64,000 bases of DNA from Pecten maximus (lineage: Eukaryota). Below the pieces are notes generated by a model. The model did not search any database. It saw only the letters and a list, made by a program, of their open reading frames with translations, and was not told the DNA's origin. This document shows positions 52,401 through 64,000 of this stretch, in pieces. Each line of letters opens with the position of its first letter. Positions within the stretch are counted from its first letter, which is position 1. Both the position numbers and the translations under genes were made by a program. The stretch covers positions 2,418,001 to 2,482,000 of the forward strand of contig NC_047018.1 in NCBI RefSeq assembly GCF_902652985.1, read 5' to 3'.

Positions 52401-55400
52401 AGAAGGAAGTAGCAGACAGAATAGTGTCACCCATTCTTAAAGATGAGCGATGTCGTCTGTCTGCCATGTGTCAAAACTGGTGTCATGTCACTAACAAGTT
52501 TACTATTCCAGGTAGGATTCCTTTTATCACCTTACTGATTTTTTTAATGAAATATTGATTTTGACCTTGAATGTTGACCTTGATGTTTTTGTCTTGGTGA
52601 ATGTTGGATTTATATTATCATTACTCCCCTTCCAGCTATTCCGGGGAGATTTCATCTGTCCATCCATCTGTACCAACTGTGATAATTTCTGGAGTCAGTA
52701 TCAATGCCTCCATAAAATGATGGTTTGATGTGGGAAATAAGATGTTACAGATCTAGTTTCACCTGGGATTTATATATATTTATTGTATTTGTTATTTGTC
52801 ATGCAATGTTTTTGGTTCTTTCTGATAACAGTGATGTTAGAAATGATTTAGCATCTTTTTACACAGGGAAGCAGTCGGTAGTGCTGTAATCCCTCAACAT
52901 AAGACATATCAGTGTCCACATCAGAATTCTCTTACTCAATGTAAACAGTGTCAGTCCTAAGGACTCCCTGATACAGTAGTGTCCACATGGGAGTTCTCTT
53001 AGTCAGTGTATACAGTGTCAGTCCTAAGGACTCTTAGTCAGTGTATACAGTGTCAGTCCTAAGGACTCCCTGATACAGTAGTGTCCACATGGGAGTTCTC
53101 TTAGTCAGTTTATACAGTGTCAGTCCTAAGGACTCTTAGTCAGTGTATACAGTGTCAGTCCTAAGGACTCCCTGATACAGTAGTGTCCACATGGGAGTTC
53201 TCTTAGTCAGTGTATACAGTGTCAGTCCTAAGGACTCCCTGATACAGTAGTGTCCACATGGGAGTTCTCTTAGTCAGTGTATACAGTGTCAGTCCTAAGG
53301 ACTCTTAGTCAGTGTATACAGTGTCAGTCCTAAGGACTCCCTGATACAGTAGTGTCCACACGGGAGTTCTCTTAGTCAGTGTATACAGTGTCAGTCCTAA
53401 GGACTCCATGATACAGTAGTGTCCACATGGGAGTTCTCTTAGTCAGTGTATACAGTGTCAGTCCTAAGGACTCTTAGTCAGTGTATACAGTGTCAGTCCT
53501 AAGGACTCCCTGATACAGTAGTGTCCACATGGGAGTTCTCTTAGTCAGTGTATATAGTGTCAGTCCTAAGGACCCCCTGATACAGTAGTGTCTACACGGG
53601 AGTTCTCTTAGTCAGTGTATATAGTGTCAGTCCTAAGGACCCCCTAATACAGTAGTGTCCACATGGGAGTTCTCTTAGTCAGTGTATATAGTGTCAGTCC
53701 TAAGGACCCCCTGATACAGTAGTGTCTACACGGGAGTTCTCTTAGTCAGTGTATATAGTGTCAGTCCTAAGGACTCCCTGATACAGTAGTGTCCACATGG
53801 GAGTTCTCTTAGTCAGTGTATACAGTGTCAGTCCTAAAGACTCTTAGTCAGTGTATACAGTGTCAGTCCTAAGGACTCCCTGATACAGTAGTGTCCACAC
53901 GGGAGTTCTCTTAGTCAGTGTATACAGTGTCAGTCCTAAGGACTCCATGATACAGTAGTGTCCACATGGGAGTTCTCTTAGTCAGTGTATACAGTGTCAG
54001 TCCTAAGGACTCTTAGTCAGTGTATACAGTGTCAGTCCTAAGGACTCCCTGATACAGTAGTGTCCACATGGGAGTTCTCTTAGTCAGTGTATATAGTGTC
54101 AGTCCTAAGGACCCCCTGATACAGTAGTGTCTACACGGGAGTTCTCTTAGTCAGTGTATATAGTGTCAGTCCTAAGGACCCCCTAATACAGTAGTGTCCA
54201 CATGGGAGTTCTCTTAGTCAGTGTATATAGTGTCAGTCCTAAGGACCCCCTGATACAGTAGTGTCTACACGGGAGTTCTCTTAGTCAGTGTATATAGTGT
54301 CAGTCCTAAGGACTCCCTGATACAGTAGTGTCCACATGGGAGTTATTGTCCTGAGTTGTCAATGTTATTGTTCTGAGTTGTCAATGTTATTGTCCTGAGT
54401 TGTCAATGTTATTGTTCTGAGTTGTCAATGTTATTGTCCTGAGTTGTCAATGTTATTGTTTTGAGTTGTCAATGTTATTGTCCTGAGTTGTCAATGTTAT
54501 TGTTCTGAGTTGTCAATGTTGTTGTCCTGAGTTGTCAATGTTATTGTTTTGAGTTGTCAATGTTATTGTCCTGAGTTGTCAATGTTATTGTCCTGAGTTG
54601 TCAATGATATTGTCTTGATCGTATGTTAGTGATTTGTACTAACTATTATTGTAGCTCAGTGTAATAGTCAGTGACTAAACATCAATTCCTTTTATTGTAG
54701 GTGCTGCATTTGTGCCTAAGCCTAAGGTAGATGTGGGAGTGGTCCACTTCCTTCCTCGTATCAAACCAATGATTCCACTACCATTTCCTCTGGTGGAGAA
54801 AGTCTGTAAACATGTCTTCCACCATAGGAACAAGAAATTATCGTTTGGAGTGAAGTAAGTTGTAACACTTATGTTCGTGGGGTTTTGTTCTCGATATGTT
54901 GATATGATCCTGTCTGTCTTTGTCATCCCATGTGGAACGGATGCTACTAAAACAAATTAAACTTCTAATTACATTAACTGATGACATCACAGTGTGTCTA
55001 GTGACTGATGGCATCACAGTGTATCTAGTGACTGATGGCATCACCGTGTATCTACTGACTGATGACATCACAGTGTATCTACTGACTGATGACACCACAG
55101 TGTATCTAGTGACTGATGACATCACAGTGTGTCTAGTGACTGATGACATCACAGTGTGTCTAGTGACTGATGACATCACAGTGTATCTAGTGACTGATGA
55201 CATCACAGTGTATCTAGTGACTGATGACATCACAGTGTATTTAATGATGATGACATCACAGTGTGTCTAGTGACTGATGACATCACAGTGTGTCTATTGA
55301 CTGATGACATCACAGTGTATCTAGTGACTGATGACATCACAGTGTGTCTAGTGACTGATGACATCACAGTGTGTCTAGTGACTGATGACATCACAGTGTA

Positions 55401-58400
55401 TTTAATGATGATGACATCACAGTGTGTCTAGTGACTGATGACATCACAGTGTGTCTAGTGACTGATGACATCACAGTGTATCTAGTGACTGATGACATCA
55501 CAGTGTATCTAGTGACTGATGACATCACAGTGTGTCTAGTGACTGATGACATCACAGTGTGTCTAGTGACTGATGACATCACAGTGTATCTTGTGACTGA
55601 TGACATCACAGTGTATCTAGTGACTGATGACATCACAGTGTGTCTAGTGACTGATGACATCACAGTGTATTTAATGATGATGACATCACAGTGTGTCTAG
55701 TGACTGATGACATCACAGTGTGTCTAGTGACTGATGACATCACAGTGTATCTAGTGACTGATGACATCACAGTGTATCTAGTGACTGATGACATCACAGT
55801 GTATCTAGTGACTGATGACATCACAGTGTGTCTAGTGACTGATGACATCACAGTGTATCTATTGCCTGATGACATCACAGTGTATCTAGTGACTGATGAC
55901 ATCACAGTGTCTAGTGACTGATGACATCACAGTGTATCTACTGACTGATGACATCACAGTGTGTCTAGTGACTGATGACATCACAGTGTGTCTAGTGACT
56001 GATGACCTCACAGTGTGTCTAGTGACTGATGACATCACAGTGTATCTAGTGACTGAGGACATCACATTGTGTCTAGTGACTGATGACATCACAGTGTGTC
56101 TAGGGACTGATGACATCACAGTGTGTCGAGTGACTGATGACATCACATTGTATCTAGTGACTGATGACATCACATTGTATCTAGTGACTGATGACATCAC
56201 AGTGTGTCTAGTGCCTGATGACATCACAGTGTATCTATTGACTGATGACATCACAGTGTATCTAGTGACTGATGACATCACAGTGTATTTAATGATGATG
56301 ACATCACAGTGTATCTACTGACTGATGACATCACAGTGTATCTATAAATTGATGACATCACATTGTATCTAGTGATTGATGACATCACAGTGTATCTAGT
56401 GATTGATGACATCACAGTGTATCTAGTGACTGATGACATCACATTGTATCTAGTGACTGATGACATCACAGTGTGTCTAGTGACTGATGACATCAGTGTA
56501 TCTCCTGACTGATGACATCACAGTGTGTCTAGTGCCGGATGACATCACAGTGTATCTATTGACTGATGACATCACAGTGTATCTAGTGACTGATGACATC
56601 ACAGTGTATTTAATGATGATGACATCACAGTGTATCTACTGACTGATGACATCACAGTGTATCTATAAATTGATGACATCACAGTGTATCTAGTGATTGA
56701 TGACATCACAGTGTATCTAGTGACTGATGACATCACAGTGTATCTAGTGCCTGATGGCATCACAGTGTATCTAGTGACTGATGACATCACAGTGTATCTA
56801 GTGACTGATGACATCACAGTGTATCTATAAATTGATGACATCACAGTGTATCTACTGACTGATGACATCACAGTGTATCTATAAATTGATGACATCACAG
56901 TGTATCTAAATTGATGACATCACAGTGTATCTAGTGACTGATGACATCACATTGTATCTAGTGACTGGTGACATCACAGTGTATCTACTGACTGATGACA
57001 TCACAGTGTATCTATAAATTGATGACATCACAGTGTATCTACTGACTGATGACATCACAGTGTATCTATAAATTGATGACATCACAGTGTGTCTACTGAC
57101 TGATGCCATCACAGTGTGTCTAGTGACTGATGACATCACAGTGTGTCTAGTGACTGATGCCATCACAGTGTGTCTAGTGACTGATGACACCACAGTGTGT
57201 CTATTGACTGATGACATCACAGTGTGTCTAGTGACTGATGACATCACAGTGTAACTAGTGACTGATGACATCACAGTGTGTCTAGTGACTGATGCCATCA
57301 CAGTTTGTCTAGTGACTGATGACACCACAGTGTGTCTATTGACTGATGACATCACAGTGTATCTAGTGACTGATGACATCACAGTGTGTCTAGTGACTGA
57401 TGACATCACAGTGTATCTATAAATTGATGACATCACAGTGTGTCTACTGACTGATGCCATCACAGTGTGTCTAGTGACTGATGCCATCACAGTGTGTCTA
57501 GTGACTGATGACATCACAGTGTGTCTAGTGACTGATGCCATCACAGTGTGTCTAGTGACTGATGACACCACAGTGTGTCTAGTGACTGATGCCATCACAG
57601 TGTGTCTAGTGACTGATGACACCACAGTGTATCTAGTGACTGATGACATTACAGTGTGTCTAGTGATTGATGACATTACAGTATATTTAAATATATATAT
57701 ACTCCTTGATAAAATTAATAAATTCTAAAATTTCTTTATATGAAAAAAATTCACCCTTGAATCTATTTGATTAAACTACTGGAAGAATTTTAAATGAATA
57801 GCTATCAGACAGATTTGGTGACCAGTTATCTCTGAAGCATTTCCAGTCTAACTTTAGGGTCACTTGGGCTGAACAGCTGATTAGACAACTTTCCTTAATG
57901 ATTACTAATAGTTGACTTAGCTGATTTTGACCAAGACCTATAGTCATTGTGCTTCGTCCGTCGTCGTCCGCCATGGGCCGTACGTAAACTTTTCACATTT
58001 CAAACTTCTTCTCAAATTCCAACTCTGGGATTTATCTGAAACTTGCCTGAAATGATCCTGAGATAATTCTGACCAAGTGTTTTTTTCTGGTTGGTCAGAA
58101 ATCCAAGATGGTCGCCATGGCAGCCATCTTTAAAAAAACAACATTTTAAGCTTCTTCTTCAGTTCCACTGGTGCCATTGAGCTAGAAATTGGTGAGGATT
58201 TTAGGGAAGGGGAGCCAACAAAGTGTTGTTATATTTCAGCCTTGTAAAAACTTTGACATGGCAGCCATAGCGGCCATTTTGTAAGATGATTGCACAATCA
58301 TGATTTTCCTGAACAACACCTATTTCAAACTTCTTTTCAAATTCCACTAGTGGTATTCAGCTCTAGCTTACCCGAAACGATTCTGAGATAGTGCTGATCA

Positions 58401-61400
58401 AGAGTTGTTATTTTTCGGGTCGCTCCAAAACCAAAGTTGGTCACCATGGCCAACAGTGCCACTATACTTGCTACTGAGTATGTATACTACAATAGCAGAA
58501 GGGTTTTTAAAGTCAGATAACCATTTAGGCCCTTGGGCCTCTTGTATAAATTTTATACAAGCAGTGGATCTGATCAGATAAATTTTGTATGAACGGCGGG
58601 TTTGCTCCCCATAATCACTGAAAAATACAAGCCATCTGGGCCTCTTGTTCTACTGTTAATTGGAAAGTTTAAATAATATGAAACAAATTAATATTGCCTG
58701 AAGTGTCTACAAATCTAAATCTGCTGATTGCCCTGGATAATTGCTTTAAGTTCCTTCCTCACGCAATGGAGACTATGAGTTTCGTGTCAGAAGCTATTAG
58801 CTCTTAATCCAGTCTGCCGTGAAATTAGATGAAGTTGTGTATCATTTGGTAATATCCTGTTGAGCAGCTAACATGATACAAATTACAAACAATAGCATCC
58901 CATACATGGAAACGACGATTCAATGCTTTTAGCAGGTCAAAGTTCGACTTTTGTTCTCCAATGTTGGACAGCCAAGTTAATTACATTACCAATAATGCTG
59001 GATGAGTTTGAAATACTGCAGTATTACCTAGGAAATACTGTTAACAGAAGATGTATAACGTGAAATCAATACGTAGTTATTTGGTAGAAACAAAATATTG
59101 ATTAATAAAACACTGTGTTGATGAACTACCCACTGGTAAATGTAGCTTCTAAAGGCTCCACACAGAAGTGGCGCCGGGTATTTTAGGAGGGGTGGGTGGA
59201 CTGTTTAGTGTCCACACCTGATGAATCTTGTCTGTCTAATGATTCCTGTATAAATAGCCTCTCCAACTACTTCAATCATACACTAATTGTTAGTGCTAAA
59301 ATTAGATTTTGTTTTCAGATTTTTATAGTTGAAATTTTTTTCTGATGGTTGTCAAAAACAATTTGTCATTCAGAGCAAATGAAGGTGATTAATTACTATA
59401 GAACTGATGTTTGGTGATAAGATCAGGAAGCATGTTATATTTATTTTCTCCTATAGGTTTGTGTACATCATCAGCTGTGGAGATTTGTTTGATATGCTGA
59501 CTGCTTGTTTGTCTATTTAGTAAATTGAAAGGATTTTTTTTTTATCTAAATCTTTTATGTTGTAACAAATCAACCTTTTTGATACAGTAATATGGACCAT
59601 GGTTAGGCCTTTCATACTGAGAAATCAGAGAAAATGAGATTGATGTCTTATCCCTGATTTGTGATATCTGTGTATATAAAATAATTAAGTTACATAAACA
59701 CTTATTCAACAGTAATTTCTGACAATAAAGATAAACATTAGCCTGTTTAGATCATTCAGAAAACTCAAAAACTCTCGACAAATCACACCTCGATACCAAC
59801 TTTGCAAAGGATTCACAGCTGTTTATGAACTAAACATTATCGGATAAATATTGTAATACAAATGAACTATTTTTGAGCGAGACTTTGTACTTGGGGGGCC
59901 GCGGTGGCTGAGTGGTTAAGGTGTACCGACACTTTATCACTAGGCCTCCACCACTGGGTTGCGAGTTCGAAACCTATGTGGGGCAGTTGCCAGGTACTAA
60001 CCGTAGGCCGGTGGTTTTTCTCCGGGTACTCCGGCTTTCCTCCACCTCCAAAACCTGCCACGTCCTTAAATTACCCTGGCTGTTAATAGGACGTTGAACA
60101 AAAACAAAAACAATTTGTACTTGTCTCAGTCAGAGTGTACTTCTAAATAAGTGATTTTGTAAAGTACTCTACTACCTTTTGTCATTATCCTGGCTTGTCA
60201 TAAAGTCCTTTCCCTAACAGGTACAGTGATCAAACCACTGATTTCCAAAGGTCACCGTTGTAAGGCAGTTAATTACAAATCACAGTATAATATGTTAGGC
60301 CTAGTGATTGGAGATAGTAGTTCAAGCTAACTATACACAGTATAATATGTTAGGCTTAGTGATTGGAGATAGTAGTTCAAGCTAACTATACTGTGTAATA
60401 TGTTAGACCTAGTGATTGGAGATAGTAGTACAAGCTACCTATACACAGTGTAATATGTTAGACCTAGTGATTGGAGATAGTAGTTCAAGCTAACTATACT
60501 CAGTATAATATGTTAGGCCTAGTGATTGGAGATAGTAGTTCAAGCTAACTATTCACAGTGTAATATGTTAGACCTAGTGATTGGAGATAGTAGTTCAAGC
60601 TAACTATACACAGTATAATATGTTAGACCTAGTGATTGGAGATAGTAGTTCAAGCTAACTATTCACAGTATAATATGTTAGACCTAGTGATTGGAGATAG
60701 TAGTTCAAGCTAACTATATACAGTATAATATGTTAGGCCTCAGTGTAATATGTTAGGACATAGTGATTGAAAATAGTAGTTCAAGCTAACTATACACAGT
60801 ATAATATGATAGGCCTAGTGATTGGAGATAGTAGTTCAAGCTAACTATTCACAGTGTAATATGTTAGGCCTAGTGATTGGAGATAGTAGTTCAAGCTAAC
60901 TATACACAGTATAATATGTTAGGCCTAGTGATTGGAGATAGTAGTTCAAGCTAACTATACTGTGTAATATGTTAGGACATAGTGATTGGAGATAGTAGTT
61001 CAAGCTAACTATACACAGTATAATATATTGGGCCTAGTGATTGGAGATAGTAGTTCAAGCTAACTATATACAGTATAATATGTTAGGCCTCAGTGTAATA
61101 TGTTAGGCCTCAGTATAATATGTTAGGCCTAGTGATTGGAGATAGTAGTTCAAGCTAACTATACACAGTATAATATGTTAGGCCTAGTGATTGGAGATAG
61201 TAGTTCAAGCTAACTATACTGTGTAATATGTTAGGACATAGTGATTGGAGATAGTAGTTCAAGCTAACTATACACAGTATAATATGTTAGGACATAGTGA
61301 TTGAAAATAGTAGTTCAAGCTAACTATACACAGTATAATATGTTAGGCCTAGTGATTGGAGATAGTAGTTCAAGCTAACTATACACAGTATAATATGTTA

Positions 61401-62496
61401 GGCCTAGTGATTGGAGATAGTAGTTCAAGCTAACTATACACAGTATAATATGTTAGGCCTAGTGATTGGAGATAGTAGTTCAAGCTAACTATACTGTGTA
61501 ATATGTTAGGACATAGTGATTGGAGATAGTAGTTCAAGCTAACTATACACAGTATAATATGTTAGGCCTAGTGATTGGAGATAGTAGTTCAAGCTAACTA
61601 TACACAGTATAATATGTTAGGCCTAGTGATTGGAGATAGTAGTTCAAGCTAACTATACTGTGTAATATGTTAGGACATAGTGATTGGAGATAGTAGTTCA
61701 AGCTAACTATACACAGTATAATATATTGGGCCTAGTGATTGGAGATAGTAGTTCAAGCTAACTATACACAGTATAATCCCCATTGACACAATGCTAAGAG
61801 GCAGTTGCCACCATACACCTATAACATCCAGTGCCTCAGGCTATAACACCCACACCCAGTGGGTCATGTGACATTAAAAAAGGCGGGTAAGATGTATGGT
61901 GGGCAATTGTAGCATTGAAACCCTAACGGGTTCCCATGTCATTTGCCCACCATACATCTTGCTGCTATATCGACAATAACAACATTAAAACCACTGTTCA
62001 TTGCTTAAATGATAGCTATGTATGATAGCTATGTATGATACCTGTATGTGATACCTATATATGATACCTATGTATGATACCTATGTATGATACCTATATG
62101 TGATACCTATGTATGATACCTATGATACCTATGTATGATACCTATGTATGATACCTATATGTGATACCTATAGATGAAATCTTTAACATTATATATGTTA
62201 TGTACAGGACTTTGTTCCCGCCTGACTTAAGCCACCTGACAGAGGAGACCTTGAGGATTGCTGACATCCCTGCAGACACAAGGTCATACATGTTGACCTT
62301 GAGTGAATTAGGACGTCTGAGCCAGGTTTATAGTGACATATGTGATACCTACCCTCATGTGTTTACCTACGACTATCGTAGTGAAGAGGGTCAGAAACTT
62401 CTCCGTGAGGACAGAATGAGGCGCAGACAGGAGAGGGTGGAGAAACAAGAGAGTCTCACGCAGACACCAAACAGTGGAAAACTGGACATTACATAA
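49418..62496 (+). CDS. TFB1M: Mitochondrial dimethyladenosine transferase 1 (KsgA/Dim1 family)
   Basis: Exons 50540/50543-50807 (RLSPMPT...LSQNFL...EVGPGPGGITR...VIEKDSRF), 52157-52511 (GDVL...IIGNLPFNVATPLII...TFQKEVA...RCRLS), 54701-54854 (AFVPKPKVDVGVVHF) and 62208-62496; AATAAA at 62507-62512. First exon 49418-49470 (MAAPMNE..., phase-2 GTCAGA donor) is tentative; translation could instead start at 50544. Confidence 0.94.
50800..51665 (+). repeat. 31-bp minisatellite (with ~17-bp sub-units) seeded on a TFB1M 5' splice site
   Basis: Unit CCTTACAG|GTACACCTCACAAGGTCACACCA versus real junction GCTTACAG|GTACATATCACAAG. Confidence 0.93.
52910..54342. repeat. 67-bp minisatellite interleaved with a 35-bp deletion variant
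   Basis: AGTGTCAGTCCTAAGGACTC[CCTGATACAGTAGTGTCCACATGGGAGTTCTC]TTAGTCAGTGTATAC. Confidence 0.95.
54342..54615. repeat. 22-bp minisatellite, ~12 copies, directly abutting the 67-bp array
   Basis: GTTATTGT(C/T)CTGAGTTGTCAAT. Confidence 0.94.
54978..57685. repeat. 27-bp minisatellite, ~100 copies
   Basis: GACTGATGACATCACAGTGT(A/G)TCTAGT; contains the near-palindrome TGATG-A-CATCA. Confidence 0.97.
57917..58545 (+). mobile_element. HINE/Helentron-associated non-autonomous element (pearl/DTC84-like architecture)
   Basis: TTAGCT start, CGTCCGTCGTCGTCC microsatellite, ~150-bp internal repeats (AAACTTCTTCTC...AAGATGG..GCCAT), terminal hairpin AGGCCC-TT-GGGCCT followed by CTTGT. Confidence 0.72.
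59894..60113 (+). mobile_element. Full-length tRNA-derived SINE with V-domain-like core
   Basis: A box GTGGCTGAGTGG, B box GAGTTCGAAAC, core GGTTTTTCTCCGGGTACTCCGGCTTTCCTCCAC, (CAAAAA)n tail, 10-bp TSD TTTGTACTTG at 59884-59893 and 60114-60123. Confidence 0.9.
60281..61777. repeat. 55-bp minisatellite, ~27 copies
   Basis: CACAGTATAATATGTTAGGCCTAGTGATTGGAGATAGTAGTTCAAGCTAACTATA. Confidence 0.96.
62010..62172. repeat. 13-bp tandem repeat (TGATACCTATGTA) just upstream of the last TFB1M acceptor
   Basis: Direct periodicity. Confidence 0.9.
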
Positions 62497-62699
62497 TAGC
62501 AGTGTGAATAAAAATACAAGCCAAGACGTGATGTTGACATTATTTATGATTATATATATATTGAGGAATGATTCCCCTGTAGTGGTTTAAGTCTATAAAT
62601 TTGATCAATTTTTGGGAATTGTTTTTACTTTTTCCTAGTACCTCAAGAAACTAAACATTGATTGGCATCGGTTAGGACTGCTGAGTAAGTTCTAGCCTC

Positions 62700-64000
62700 T
62701 GTGTGTCGTCTCCCGGGCCGTATGTGTCGTCTCCTGGGCCGTATGTGTCGTCTCCCGGGCCGTATGTGTCGTCTCCTGGGCCGTATGTGTCGTCTCCTGG
62801 GCCGTATGTGTCGTCTCCCGGGCTGTATGTGTCGTCTCCTGGGCCGTATGTGTCGTCTCCTGGGCCGTATGTGTCGTCTCCCAGGCTGTATGTGTCGTCT
62901 CCTGGGCCGTATGTGTCGTCTCCCAGGCTGTATGTGTCGTCTCCTGGGCTGTATGTGTCGTCTCCCAGGCTGTATGTGTCGTCTCCTAGGCCGTATGTGT
63001 CGTCTCCTGGGCCGTATGTGTTGTCTCCTGGGCCGTATGTGTCGTCTCCCGGGCCGTATGTCTCCTAGGCCGTATGTGTCGTCTCCTGGGCCGTATATGT
63101 CGTCTCCCGGGCCGTATGTCTCCTAGGCTGTATGTGTCGTCTCCCGGGCCGTATGTGTCGTCTCCTGGGCCGTATATGTCGTCTCCCGGGCCGTATGTCT
63201 CCTAGGCCGTATGTGTTGTCTCCTGGGCCGTATGTGTCGTCTCCTGGGCCGTATGTGTCCAAGGCCATTTGTCTCCCCGGCCTTATGTGTTGTTTCCTGG
63301 GCCGTATGTGTCCAAGGTCTTATGTGTCGTCTCCTGGGCTGTATGTGTCGTCTTCTGGGTCATATGTGTCTTTTCCCGGCCGTATGTGTCCAAGGCCGTA
63401 TGTCTCCCCGGCCGTATGTGTCTTCTCCTGGGCCGTATGTATCGTTTCCTGGGCCGTATGTGTCCAAGGCCATATGTCTCCCTGGCCGTTTGTGTCCAAG
63501 GCCGTATGAGTCCAAGGTTGTATGTCTCCCGGGCCGTATGTGTCCAAGGCTGCATGTCTCCCGGGCCGTATGTGTCCAAGGCTGCATGTCTCCCGGGCCG
63601 TATGTGTCCAATACTGTATGTCTCCCAGGCCGTATGTGTCGTCTCCCGGGCCGTATGTGTCCAAGGCTGTATGTCTCCCGGGCCGTATGTGTCCAATGCT
63701 GTATGTCTCCCAGGCCGTATGTGTCCAAGGCTGTATATCTGGGCCGTATGTGTTCAAGGCTGTATGTCTCCCGGGCCGTATGTGTCCAAGGCTGTATGTC
63801 TGGGCCGTATGTGTCCAAGGCTGTATGTCTCCCTGGCCGTATGTGTCCAAGGCTGTATGTCTCCTGGGCCGTATGTGTCCAAGGCTGTATGTCTCCCTGG
63901 CCGTATGTGTCCAAGTCTGTATGTCTCCCGGGCCGTATGTGTCCAAGGCTGTATGTCTGGGTCGTATGTGTCCAAGGCTGTATGTCTCCCGGGACGTATG
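62700..64000. repeat. GC-rich 21-bp minisatellite (CCGTATGTGTCGTCTCC(T/C)GGG) grading into a ~32-bp unit; continues past the window end
   Basis: Period change visible around 63250-63500. Confidence 0.93.

Noticed and set aside
54838-57728. Many short ORFs with SSVTRYTVM / LVTDDITV repeats
   Set aside because: Intronic 27-bp minisatellite, repeatedly broken by indels.
62010-62351. 14-nt match between the 13-bp intronic repeat and the downstream exon (ATATGTGATACCTA, 62338-62351)
   Set aside because: A single short AT-rich match; chance cannot be excluded.

Overview
AT-rich animal genomic DNA with spliceosomal introns, most likely a bivalve mollusc (inferred from a V-domain tRNA-SINE, HINE/Helentron-type repeats and extreme minisatellite density). 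I reconstructed four intron-containing genes by hand from splice sites and reading phase. (1) The 5' part of a secreted Cys-containing protein (minus strand, runs off the left edge). (2) BSDC1 (+, 9 coding exons, 6525-17511). (3) An XK-related scramblase-family gene (-, 49137-41121) with a ~1200-aa low-complexity tail interrupted by one frameshift. (4) TFB1M (+, ~49418/50544-62496). Genes 1/2 and 3/4 are head-to-head pairs. Roughly half of the window is made of more than 20 unrelated tandem arrays; the very long ORFs in the ORF track are by-products of these arrays. Most notable observations: a cluster of five (plus one decayed) 20-53 bp palindromic insertions CAG(A/G)GAC...GTC(T/C)CTG, each with its own exact 7-bp target-site duplication, in the divergent promoter region and resembling P-superfamily transposon excision footprints; minisatellites that amplify real splice sites (8 in-frame acceptors and 17 donors around BSDC1 exon 8; many CAG|GT copies after a TFB1M exon); and a 174-bp solo-LTR-like element carrying a tRNA-like Pol III promoter.
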